From an uncultured Chloroflexia bacterium (GTDB taxonomy: Bacteria > Chloroflexota > Limnocylindria > Limnocylindrales > CSP1-4), in contig CAVONF010000003.1 in the NCBI GenBank assembly GCA_963697275.1, forward strand, positions 68,028 through 132,027: 64,000 nt of DNA, read 5' to 3'. The first letter of the stretch is position 1; every line of letters starts with the position of its first letter. Under the pieces are notes generated by a model. That model was not told the DNA's origin. It made no database searches and saw only the letters and a list, made by a program, of their open reading frames with translations. The position numbers were made by a program, and so were the translations under genes. Positions 11,988 through 21,982 of this stretch are shown in pieces.

Positions 11988-13097
11988 TCGCCGCTCATGA
12001 ACTCGGCAAAGTAGGCCGGCGGCGGGAACGAGGGTCGCGAGGTCGATAGCCGACGCATCGAGCCCCTCGGTCTGGCTGAAGAAGTCGACCACGAACTGCA
12101 GTCGATCCATGTAGTAGAACGGGCTCTCCGGGTCATCCCAGAACATGGCTGCAGCCTCTTGGGCTGGGGGCATGATCACGAGGTCCGTGATGAAGCGCTT
12201 GGCATCCTCTGGCGTGAAGCCGGCGCCCGACTGCTCGTTGATCCAGTCGGACATGATCTGGAGCGCCTCGGACTCGTTCTCCTGCAGGAAGTCCATGGCC
12301 TTGTACCAGGCGCGCAGCAGACGGACCGGAGCGTCCGGGTGAGCATCGAGGAAGGCCTGCGTGGTGCCCAGGCCGGCGAGGTCCATGGCGCCGCCGGCCA
12401 GCTGCGGCCCGGTCAGGATGTTGGTCATGCCCTCCTGCTCCAGGCGGAAGCGCTGGGGCAGGCCGTCGCTGTAGAAGTCGGCCTCACCGCGGATGAAGGC
12501 CGCTGCGCCCTCGACGGGGTCGAGGTCCAGGATCTCCACGGCGTCGCGGGTCAGACCGGCATAGCCGAGCGCCGTGTCAAGGACCGGCGTGAAGGAGGCG
12601 CCACCGGGCAGGATGATGGTCTTGCCCTCCAGTTGCGCGGCTGCCTCCGCCAGCGCCTCCTCGTGGCTCTTGCCCTCGGCCACCAGCTCGTCATAGGTCT
12701 TGTAGCCGTCATCCGGCCGGGCCATGATCGAGTAGCCGGCGAAGATGTTGGTCAGCGTGATCATGCGCAGCTCGGGTGCCACCGCCGCCGCGAGGATGAA
12801 GGGCGTGTCGCCCGAGTCGCCGACATCGATGGATCCGCCGAGCATGGCCTCGTACATGGGCTGCTCGACCTCGAAGGTGGTCTTGTCGAAGGTGATGCCT
12901 TCTTCCTCGAGATAGCCCTGCTGCTCGGCGATGGCCCACGGTGCATAGTCAAGGTAGGGCAGCTGACCGAAGCGGATCGTCAGCGGCTCGGCCTCGTCCT
13001 GGGCCACCGCGGCACCGACCGCCGCCAGGCTCCCGATCAGGGCCAGCGCGGCCGCGAGCACGATGGGTGCTCCTCGTCGTCTTGTCATCGGTTCCAC
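11984..13097 (-). CDS. ABC transporter substrate-binding protein (NMT1/THI5-like, SsuA/TauA-type)
   Basis: Signal-like N-terminus IVLAAALALIGSLAAVGAAVA, then RFGQLPYLDYAPWAIAEQQGYLEEEGITFD. GGAGGAG lies upstream of the ATG at 13097. The tracked 453-aa ORF looks like a fusion. One frame over, the sequence ends ..PPPAYFAEFMSGE-stop at 11984, which implies an indel near 12025. Confidence 0.7.
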
Positions 13098-13166
13098 TCC
13101 TCCATGTCCGTTTCGCCCGTCTGGTCTTCGTCTGGCCCCTGGGCGAGCGGCCGGGCGGCAGCCGCG

Positions 13167-13937
13167 TCACCGGGCCGGTCCCTGTGCTCCCTCCTTCCCC
13201 ACGACGACCCGGGTCCCGCGGGCCATCAAGGCCTCGACGAACGGCGCACGGACCCGCTCATCGGTGACGAGCGTGCCGACCTGTTCGAAGCCGAACATGA
13301 AGCCGGGTGCGACCCGGTCGAACTTGCTGGCGTCCGCGAGGATGACCGCGTCACGGGCCATCCTGCGCAGGGCACGGTCCACCGCGATCTCGCGGACGTG
13401 CTCGGTCATGAACCCGTGGTCGAGGTCGATGGCGGAGACGCCCATGAACACGGTGTCCGCCCGCAGGTCGCGGATGGCGTCCTCGGTGAGGTGGCCGCGC
13501 AGGCTATGCACGCCGGGCAGCACCACCCCGCCCAGGACCACGAGCTCGATCTCCGGCGCGTCCAGCAGCGCATTGGCCACGTCGAGCGCGTTGGTGATGA
13601 CGGTGAGGCGGCGGTCTCGCAGTCGCCGGGCCAGCTCCAGCACGGTGCTGCCACTGGACAGGGCCACGGTCGAGCCATCCTCGACGAGGCTGGCGGCAGC
13701 GGCCCCGATGGCCCGCTTCTGCGGCAGCAGCGGATCCGCATCGGCATGGCCGAGGGGCCGCCAGCGACGGTGGCACCGCCGTAGGTCCGGATGACGCGTC
13801 CCTCGCGAGCCAGGCGCTGCAGGGCACGGCGCACGGTGGCCTCCGCGACATCCAGCGTGTCAGCCAGCTCTGACACCGACCGGCTGCCCGATGAGCGCAG
13901 CAGGTCCATGACGAGTTCGTCGCGCGAATGCGTCATC
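13167..13937 (-). pseudogene. DeoR family transcriptional regulator, one frame change near 13745
   Basis: The HTH part MTHSRDELVMDLLRSSGSRSVSELADTLDVAEATVRRALQRLAREGRVIRTYGGA is in the 13406..14647 frame. The sugar-binding part VALSSGSTVLELARRL..VFMGVSAIDLDHGF is in 13167..13667. Confidence 0.8.
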
Positions 13938-14059
13938 ACAGCTGCGATTGTGGGCATCGCTGCCTGCACTGTCAATCCTGGGTGCGCAGTTCGCGCATTG
14001 CCGTCTACCGTGCTGCGCATTCTGGTCTTCCGTGTGTGCGAACTGCTATCGTGGGCGGC

Positions 14060-15104
14060 ATGGACCAGGAGATGCTCGAGCGCGCCAAGCACCCCGACCT
14101 GCGTGTCGGTCACGGCATCCTCCCGGCGGAGGTCGCTCGCGCAGGCGGTCGCTACGCCCTGGTGAGCCAGCCAGAGCCGTTGGCGGTGCTCGACCCCTCG
14201 ATCGCTGCTGCTGCCACCGCCACGCTCGTGGCCGACTCGCTCGACGAAGCGGCCCTGGAGCGGGCCACCACGGAGCCTGCCTGACGTCGATCGCGTCGTC
14301 GGCATCGGCGGCGGCATGGCCATGGACATGGCCAAGTTCCTGGCCTGGAGACGAGGCCTGCCGCTGCTGCTGTCGCCCTCGATCATCAGCGTCGATGCGT
14401 CGGTCACCAACACGGTGGCCGTCCGTCGCGGTGGGCGCGTGGAGTACGACGGCTTCGTGGTCGCCGATCCGATCGTGGCGGATCTCGACCTCATCGCCAC
14501 CGCACCGCCCCGCTTGAACCGCGCCGGGGTGGGTGACCTGCTCTCCATCCAGACCGGTCGCTTCGACTGGGCCCTCGGGGCACGGGCAGGCACGATCGCC
14601 TTCGACGACGCCGTGGATGCGGCAGCCGCAGCGGTCCTGGAGCGCATCTACGGCCTGGCCGATGATGTCGCGGCCGTGACCGACCGCGCACTGGAGGGCA
14701 TCCTGCGTGCCTATGTCGAGGTCAACGCGCTGCTCCTGACCGTCGGCCACAGCGGACCGGAGGAGGGTTCGGAGCACTACTTCGGGTACGCCGTCGAAGC
14801 GCGCACGGGACGCTCCTTCGTCCATGGTGAGCTCATCGGCCTCGGCGTCGTCCTGATGTCGCGCCTGCAGGACAACGAGCCGGGCCGGGCCAGCGCCTTC
14901 CTGGATCGGTGTGGTGTGCAGTGGCACCCGGAGGAGCTGGACCTGGAGCGCGACCTGCTCGGCGAGGTCCTGCTGGACCTGCCGCGCTTCGTGCGCGCGG
15001 CTGCTCTGCCGCACTCGATCCTCGACGAGGTCACGCTCGATCACGACCGCGTGGCAGCGCTGCTCGCCGCCATCCCGACCAGTGACTCCAGCACGGCCAC
15101 CTGA
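14060..15104 (+). pseudogene. glycerol-1-phosphate dehydrogenase / iron-containing alcohol dehydrogenase-like (DHQS superfamily), one frame change near 14280
   Basis: The N-terminus in 13928..14284 stops at ATTEPA. The continuation DRVVGIGGGMAMDMAKFLAW..DASVTN..GHSGPEEGSEHYF..HGELIGLG is in 14316..15104. Confidence 0.65.
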
Positions 15105-15130
15105 GCCAGCCCGACAGGAGGGACAGCCCC

Positions 15131-16281
15131 ATGACAGCACCCCAGCCGCCCGCCGCGACGATGGTCGCGCCCCCGCCGGTGCCGGTCGAGGACGTGACGC
15201 GCTGGCACGCCGCCATCGCCGCCGAGCTGCGCGAGGCCTTCGAGGCCTGCCTGCCGGGGCCACGCTTCACGCTCGGTCCGCAGCTGCGCGCCTTCGAGGC
15301 CGAGTTCGCGGCCTACTGCGGGGCCACGGCGGGTATCGGCATCAGCTCGGGCACCGCGGCCCTGACCCTGGCCCTGCGCGCCCTCGGGGTGGGCCCCGGC
15401 GACGAGGTCATCACCGTGCCCAACACGTACGTGGCCACGGTCTTCGCGATCACCTACACCGGCGCCACCCCGGTCTTCGTCGACGTCGACCCCGCCACCG
15501 CCAACCTCGACCCGGCGCGCCTCGCGGCGGCCCTCACCGAGCGCACCCGGGCGATCATCCCGGTGCACCTCTACGGGGCCTGCGTCGACATCGACGCGGT
15601 CCGCGCCGCGGCCCCGGGCGTGCCCATCCTCGAGGATGCCGCCCATGCCCACGGCGCCACCTACGGCGAGCGGCCGGCCGGCTCCCTCGGCGAGCTGGCG
15701 GCCTTCTCCTTCTACCCCGCCAAGGTCATGGGCGCGCTCGGGGACGGCGGCATCGTGGTGACCTCGGACCCGGCGCTCGAGGCGCGGCTGCGGCAGCTGC
15801 GCTACATGGGCCAGACGACGACGAAGCACGAGCACCTCGTGCTCGGCTACCAGGAGCGCCTCGACGAGCTGCAGGCGGCCTTCCTGCGCGTCAAGCTGCG
15901 CCACCTCGAGGACCAGGTCGCGGGCCGTCGCCGCGTCGCGGCGCGCTACCGCGAGCTGCTCGCCGGGACCCCGCTCGAGCTGCCCGCCCACGACCCCACC
16001 GGGCGCCACGTCTACTACATGTACACGGTGCTGGCGCCCCGAGCGCGAGGCCCTGCGGGCCCATCTCGACGCGGCCGGCATCGCCACCCAGCTCATCTAC
16101 CCGAAGCTCGTGCCCGACCAGGGCGCCTATGCCAGCCACCCCTGGCGCGCCGCCGATGAGCTCGCGGTGGCCCGCTCGCTCGTGCCGCGCCTGCTCTGCC
16201 TGCCCATGTTCGCGGAGCTGACCGACCCCGAGATCGAGCGCGTCGGCGTCGCCGATCCGCGACTTCTACGGCGCGGACTGA
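15131..16281 (+). pseudogene. DegT/DnrJ/EryC1/StrS family sugar aminotransferase, about two frame changes near the 3' end
   Basis: GISSGTAALTLALRALGVGPGDEVI, EDAAHAHGA and FSFYPAKVMGALGDGG are in 15131..16159. The C-terminus ALRAHLDAAGIATQLIYPKLVPDQGAY is in the 16110 frame. The natural-looking end SPIRDFYGAD-stop at 16279-16281 is in a third frame. Confidence 0.8.
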
Positions 16282-16282
16282 G

Positions 16283-17506
16283 GTGCGCTTCGTCATCCTC
16301 GGCGGATCCGGCTCGGCGACGCCGGAGCTCGTCGATGCGCTGGCGGCCTGGCCCGGCGGCATCGAGCGGCGCCCGCCGCTCCAGGTCGTCCTCGTCTCGC
16401 GCTCGGCAGAGCGACTCGGACTGGTGGCCTCGGAGATGCGCCGCCGGTGCCGCTGGCCTGCCGGGCGCCCCGATCGAGGTCGTGGCGGAGACCGACCTGG
16501 GCGCGCTCTCGACGGGGCCGACGTGGTCCTCAACGCGGTGCGCGTCGGTGGCCTCACGGCCCGGGCCTTCGACGAGATCGTTCCCGCAGGCGCGCGGCAT
16601 CCCGGGGGAGGAGACCATCGGCCCAGGCGGCTTCGCGAACGCGCTGCGCACGGTGCCGGTGGCGACGCGACTGTGGGCGGAGGTCGCGCGGCGCTGCGCC
16701 GGAGGCACTCGCCATCAACCTCACCAATCCTTCCGGCATCGTGGTCGCAGCTGTCGAGCGCGAGCTCTCGGGCTGCGGGTCTTCTCGGTCTGCGATTCGC
16801 CGGTCACCTTCTGTCGCGCCATCGCGAGCCGGCTGGGACAGCCGGACGGGGACATCCGCGCTCGCTACCTGGGCCTGAACCACGTGGGCTGGTGGGTCCC
16901 GCGCAGCGACACCGAACTGGAGGCCACCGCGGACCTGGCGAGCGGCCAGGACGTCGAGGCGGTCCGGGTCCAGCGCGCGCTGGGTGCGCCATACGTCCGC
17001 TACTACGTGCATCCCGAGCGCATCCTCGCCTCCCAGCTGTCGGCCGGCGAGGTCCGGGCCCAGCAGCTGCAACGGCTCGAGGCAGCCCTGCTGGCGGGCT
17101 ATTCGAGCGGGGCTGCGGGGCTGCCGCGCCGCGGCGCCGTCTGGTACGGCAGCGCCGTGCTGCCGCTGGTGGATGCCTGGTTCAACGGCTCATCGGAGAT
17201 CCTCACCATCGGAGCCCGCGCAACGACGGACGCATCCCGGGCCTGCCCGACGCTGTCATCACCGAGGGGCCGGTGCGCTTCGAGCGACCCCGGCAGCTGG
17301 AGCCGCTGGACGTGCCGGACCTGCCCCCGCTGCCGGCGGCCATCCTCGCGGCCCACGCGGCGTACGAGATGCTCACCGTCGAGGCGACGCGACCGGAGGC
17401 CACCCGCGAAGACCGCCTCCGGGCGCTGATGGCCAACCCGCTGGTGCGCTCCTTCGACCAGGCCGACGAGCTGGCCGACGACATCGAGTCCGGCTCCCCG
17501 CACTAG
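16283..17506 (+). pseudogene. glycoside hydrolase family 4-like NAD-dependent enzyme, multiply frame-disrupted
   Basis: MRFVILGGSGSATPELV (Rossmann), GIPGEETIGPGGFANALRTVP, INLTNPSGIV, SVCDSPV, YLGLNHVGWW and the C-terminus RALMANPLV alternate between the 16283, 16110 and 16447 ORF frames (at least five changes). Confidence 0.7.
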
Positions 17507-17624
17507 GGTCGTGGTCGGGGATGCCGGCCGTACACCGGGCACACCGGGTCAAGCGGCTGCCCTGGCGGACCCGACCCGACCCGGCCCTGGCGACCCGAGC
17601 CGGCCGGGTCCTGTCACTCATGCA

Positions 17625-17641
17625 CCGGTGGACTGGTAGAC
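17625..17641. repeat. half-site copy CCGGTGGACTGGTAGAC, exact inverted repeat of 17770-17786
   Basis: Read directly from the sequence: the reverse complement of 17770-17786 is identical. The spacer is 128 nt. Confidence 0.85.
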
Positions 17642-17769
17642 CGAAGGTCGGCACCCAGGCGTGGCCAGTGGACCGGCGGCGGGACCTCCGGGCGTTCAGC
17701 GTGAGCGTGGCGAGGACTTCCGGCGCTGTCCTTGATGGCCCTGGAGGCACGTCGGCCCGACCAGCTTCT

Positions 17770-17798
17770 GTCTACCAGTCCACCGGGGACTGGCTGAC
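17770..17798. promoter_or_regulatory. 29-nt near-palindrome GTCTACCAGTCCACCGGGGACTGGCTGAC, candidate operator upstream of the LLM oxidoreductase gene
   Basis: 11 of 14 arm positions are self-complementary. It ends 52 nt upstream of the ATG at 17851. Confidence 0.4.
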
Positions 17799-17850
17799 AG
17801 GGACGACCACGAGCAGACCGGCGCGTCGCGACTCGAGCCGGTCCTGAACG

Positions 17851-18732
17851 ATGCACATGGCGGTCGTCGGCTTCGGTAGGCTTGACGGCGTGACCGGACT
17901 GCGCTTCGCCATCGACATCGCCCCGCTGGGGGACCTGTCAGATCCTCGGGCCATCGTCCGGCTCGCGCGTGCGGCTGAAGAGACGGGCTGGGATGGCCTT
18001 TCCATCTGGGACAGCCTCGGCCTGTCGATGGGCAGTTCCGCAGCGGATCCCTTCGTGGCGCTGGCTGCGGTGGCAACCCGGACCAACCGACTGCGGCTCA
18101 TCACCTCGATCATCGCGCTCGCTCGCCGCCGCCCACAGCTGGTGGTGCAGGCTGCGGCCACGCTGGACCAGCTCAGCGATGGACGGCTCATCCTCGGGCT
18201 TGGCGCCGGTGAGGATCGGCCCGACTTCGAGGCCTTCGGTGAGCCCTACGACCGTGCCGCTCGAATCGCACTGATGGACGAGGGCCTGGCCATCGTCGAC
18301 GCCGGCCTGCGAGGGGCCGAGTTCGATCACCAGGGGCCTCGACTTCGCGCCCACGGCGTCGTGCTGGGGCCGCGGCCGGTCCAGGAGCCTCGTCCACCGA
18401 TCTGGTTGGGTGCCTACAAGCCCGGAGGCATCCGGCGGGCAGCCCGCTGGGACGGCTGGATCGCGGTGGCCATGAGCGAGGACGGCAGCGGCATGGCCAT
18501 GTCCGCAGACGAGTTCGCCGGTCTCGTCGAGCTCTGCCACCTGGAACGGCTGCAGCTGGGCAGGGCAGGGGAGGCCTTCGACATCGCCGTGCTCGGGATC
18601 TCGAGCCGGCGAGGACCACCCAGCCCGGCGCTTCGCGGACGCGGGAGCGACCTGGTGGCTGGAATCGCTCTCACCGATGCGGGGCTCGGTCGACGAGCTG
18701 GAGACCATCGTCCGGCGCGGCCCGCCGCGGTA
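17851..18732 (+). pseudogene. LLM-class F420-dependent oxidoreductase (luciferase-like), one frame change near 18600
   Basis: FAIDIAPLGDL.., RLITSIIALARRRPQLVVQAAATLDQLSDGRLILGLGAG. The family-typical C-terminus RFADAGATWWLESLSPMRGSVDELETIVRRGPPR-stop (18730-18732) is one frame away from the tracked ORF 17851..19104. Confidence 0.75.
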
Positions 18733-18748
18733 GGCATAAGGGGGGCGC

Positions 18749-19711
18749 GTGGCCATCGAAGCCTTCGCACGGGTCCTGCCCATCCTGCTCCTGGTGGGCC
18801 TGGGTGTCCTCATCCGCCGCGGGGGACTCATGTCGCCCGCCACCATCGGCGACCTGCGTCGCCTCATCGTCACCATCACGCTGCCGGCGACCCTCTTCCA
18901 GGCCTTCCTGCGTGTGCAACTGGAGCTCCAGTACGCGGTCATCGTGGTCAGCATCTTCCTGGCCTGCGTGGCCGTCCTGGCCATCTCGCCCTGGCTGCGC
19001 CGGGGTGCCGGCGTCCAGGCCACGTCGATGCCCAACCTGATGGCGGGTTTCGAGGCCGGCATGCTCGGCATCCCGCTGTTCACGGGCGTCTTCGGCGCCA
19101 GTGAGCTGTATCGCTTCGCCATCGTCGAGATCGGCCAGGAGTTGTTCGTCTTCTTCATCCTGGTCACCGTCGTGGTCATGCGCGCCAGCGGGCACCGACC
19201 CCCGCTCAGCGAGACGGTCGGCACCTTCTTCCGCCATCCGGTCATCCTGGCCATCCTGGCCGGCATCGGTGGCAGCATCATCGGACTGGGCGAGATGCTC
19301 GATGCGAACCCCTTCGGCGAGGCCTTCCTGACCACGGTGAGCCTGCTGGCGGCCCTGACCACGCCGCTCATCGCCATCGTGCTCGGCTACTCCACCTCGC
19401 TGCGGGCAGGTTCCCTGCGCGATCCGGCCCGGACGCTGGCGGTGCGTATGCCCATCTGGGTCGGCCTCGCGGTGATCTTCAACATCATCGTCATCGATGG
19501 CCTGCTGGGGCTTGATCGCCTGTTCCAGGCTGCCGTGATGACGATGGCCATCCTGCCGCCACCGTTCGTGGTGCCGCTCTACATGGCGCGGGCCAGCAAG
19601 CACGCCGTCGAGGACGACCCCGAGCACGACTACACCGTGAACACACTCTCCCTGGCCACGCTGGCGACGCTGGTGGCCATCGTCGTCGTCGGGGTCGTCT
19701 ACGCCACCTGA
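18749..19711 (+). CDS. AEC (auxin efflux carrier) family transporter
   Basis: Intact 320-aa ORF with about 10 TMs. The N-terminus FARVLPILLLVGLGVLIRRGGLMSPATIGDLRRLIVTITLPATLF is typical of the family. Confidence 0.75.
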   Translation: MAIEAFARVLPILLLVGLGVLIRRGGLMSPATIGDLRRLIVTITLPATLFQAFLRVQLELQYAVIVVSIFLACVAVLAISPWLRRGAGVQATSMPNLMAGFEAGMLGIPLFTGVFGASELYRFAIVEIGQELFVFFILVTVVVMRASGHRPPLSETVGTFFRHPVILAILAGIGGSIIGLGEMLDANPFGEAFLTTVSLLAALTTPLIAIVLGYSTSLRAGSLRDPARTLAVRMPIWVGLAVIFNIIVIDGLLGLDRLFQAAVMTMAILPPPFVVPLYMARASKHAVEDDPEHDYTVNTLSLATLATLVAIVVVGVVYAT

Positions 19712-19847
19712 GTCACGCGCCTCCGGCGTTCGGCCCCCGATGATCGATGCATCGACGACTCCGGGCCGGCAGCCCCGCTCACCGCGGGTCAGGACGCGCT
19801 CGCTGGGTCGCCTCGGCCGGAGCCGTGGCGCGGCAGCGTGGACGCGG

Positions 19848-20234
19848 TCAGTGACCCACGATCTCCGCGAAGCGCTGGTGGTACTCCGGCGGTTCCAGCG
19901 CGCTCGCGAAGTAGTAGTCGACCGCGATGACGCTGCCGGCGTCGAGTTTGATGAGCGCGACGATGTGATCGGGGCCGTGATCGCCGGCGGCATCCTCGAT
20001 GACACCCTGGCCGATCCAGGTCTGCCCCTCACCGTGGACCCGGCGCCACTCGATGGACGGCGGCTCACCCTTGCGGCTGCGGTACATGCCCATGATCCGC
20101 GCGCGCCCATTGAAGCGCTCGCCCATCTGCGGCCGGCCCTCCACGGCACCCGGCGCGAGCAGCGATTCATAGGTGTCCAGGTCCCACTCCGCGAACGCGC
20201 GCAGGAACTTCCGGGCCACGACGCCCTCTTTCAT
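19848..20234 (-). CDS. SnoaL-like / NTF2-fold protein
   Basis: About 128 aa starting at MKEGVVARKFLRAFAEWDLDTYESLL. The size and pattern are consistent with a ketosteroid-isomerase-like fold. The upstream part of ORF 19848..20366 looks non-coding. Confidence 0.5.
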   Translation of the reverse strand: MKEGVVARKFLRAFAEWDLDTYESLLAPGAVEGRPQMGERFNGRARIMGMYRSRKGEPPSIEWRRVHGEGQTWIGQGVIEDAAGDHGPDHIVALIKLDAGSVIAVDYYFASALEPPEYHQRFAEIVGH

Positions 20235-20430
20235 GGTGCTCGCACCTCCTGCCCTGCATCGTAGCCCCTGCGGGCCATGACCATCGGATGCGGCGGCGGC
20301 GCGAGGGCGCTCCGATGCGCGGTCCACCCCGCCGACAGACCCCGAACGGCACCCGAGACCGGCCACCCACCGGGCTGCGATGAGCCGGCAGGGACCGACC
20401 GCGCCGGCTGGGCGCGATGGGAAGCAGGCG

Positions 20431-21911
20431 ATGGGCGAAGGGGCGACGCCATCGAGACGACCGAGCGGGGAGACATCCGCCTGGGTACACCGACTGCCCT
20501 GTCTGGAGCAGGCACGTCACTATCGCCGCGCCTGGCTGGCGCGGGATCTGCTGCGCCGGCCTCGCGCTCACGGGTATCCTCGTTCCGACGGGCATGGCCT
20601 ATGCGGAGGCCTCCGGTCTACCAGCCATCACCGGCCTCTACGCCACCATCGTGCCGCTGCTGGCCTATGCCGTGCTGGGTCCCTCCCGTCTGCTGGGGCC
20701 GGATCCTCCCTGGTCCCGCTCATCCTGGCCGCGCTGGCGCCGTTCGCGATGCTGGGCTCCGCGGCACGCATCGAGCATGCCGCGCTGCTCGGGATCATGG
20801 TGGGGGTCCTCATGTGGCCATGGGCCTGCCGCGCCTCGGCTTCATTCGCCGATCTCATCTCGATGCCGGTCCGCGAAGGCTGCAGCAGCGGGAGTTGGGC
20901 CGCGAAGAAGATGACGGCGATGCCGACCAGGTATCCCCGCTGCTTCCGGCCGCAGTCAGCCTCATGCTCGTGACCGCTGCCGACACCGTCATCATCGCGC
21001 GCATCTTCGCGGCCAGGCACAGCTACCGCTCCTCACCCGACCAGGAGCTGGTGGCGCTGGGCGGCGCCGACGTCGCTGCCGGCTTCTTCTCGGGCTACCC
21101 CATCAGCTCGAGCTCATCGCGAACCGCCGTGGCCGAGGCCGCCCGACAGAAGACCCAGCTGGTCGGCGTCGTCGGCGCGCTCGCGACCACGACGATGCTG
21201 GTGTGGGCGCCCGGACCGCTGGCAGCACTCCCGGATTCCGCGCTAGCCGCCGTGGTCATCGCCGCAGCCATCGGCCTCATCGTGCTGTCGGCCTGGCGGC
21301 GCCGGACCTGGCGGCGCAGCGAGTTCCTCGTCGCACTCGTGACCCTGCTGGGTGTGCCCGTCCTGAGAGTCGTGGAGTGCATCCTGGCTGCCGTGGTGCT
21401 CTCCCTGCTGGCCTCCCCGTGCCGGGCCTGGTGGCCCCACGACGCCGTGCTCGGTCGCGAGACGGGCCTGAAGGGCTAGCACGACCTGACCTTCGATCCC
21501 GCTGCCCGTCGCATCCCGGGCCTGGTCCGCTACCGCCTCGATGCACCGCTGTCGTTCTTCAACGCCGATCCCTTCAGGGAGCGCATCCTCGACGTCATCT
21601 CCGAGGTTGACCCGCCGGCGCGCTGGGTGGTGGTGACAGCCGCCCCCACCACCGACGTCGACGCCGCCGCCGCCGAACACCTGGGCGGGTTGCTCGACGA
21701 GCTCGAGGGCCGCTCCCTGACACTCGCCTTCGCGAAGATGAAGGACCCGGTCAAGCAGCGGCTGCGGACTTGCGGCCTGTTCGAGCGCGTCGGGGAGGAG
21801 CGCTTCCTCGCCACGCTGGGGACGGCCGTGGACGGCTACCTGACCACGACCGGGACCGACTGGGTCGACTGGGAGGAGCAACGGCAGGAGGACGTCGCCG
21901 ACGCGTCATGA
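20431..21911 (+). pseudogene. SulP family anion transporter with C-terminal STAS domain, heavily disrupted (frame changes, probable internal loss and a small inverted segment)
   Basis: RRAWLARDLL, LTGILVPTGMAYAEASGLPAITGLYATIVPLLAYAVLGPS, SLVPLILAALAPF, PDQELVALGGADVAAGFFSGYPISSSSSRTAV and the STAS part [30 protein letters not shown] are spread over three frames. Confidence 0.75.
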
Positions 21912-21982
21912 CCCCCGGACCGCACCTGAGGGCCCACCGGCCCATCAGGGCGCTCGCGGGGCCGGATACCATCGCGCTCACG

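Noticed and set aside
13098-13166. Possible riboswitch (for example TPP) upstream of the NMT1/THI5-like binding-protein gene
   Set aside because: The intergenic gap is only ~70 nt. It lacks the CTGAGA / ACCTGA-type conserved TPP elements and contains only a GGAGGAG RBS.
17938-20170. Two long minus-strand ORFs (17938..19377 at 479 aa, and 18671..20170 at 499 aa)
   Set aside because: They are antisense to the LLM oxidoreductase and AEC transporter genes and have low-complexity Arg/Gly/Pro/Asp-rich products. These are high-GC shadow frames.
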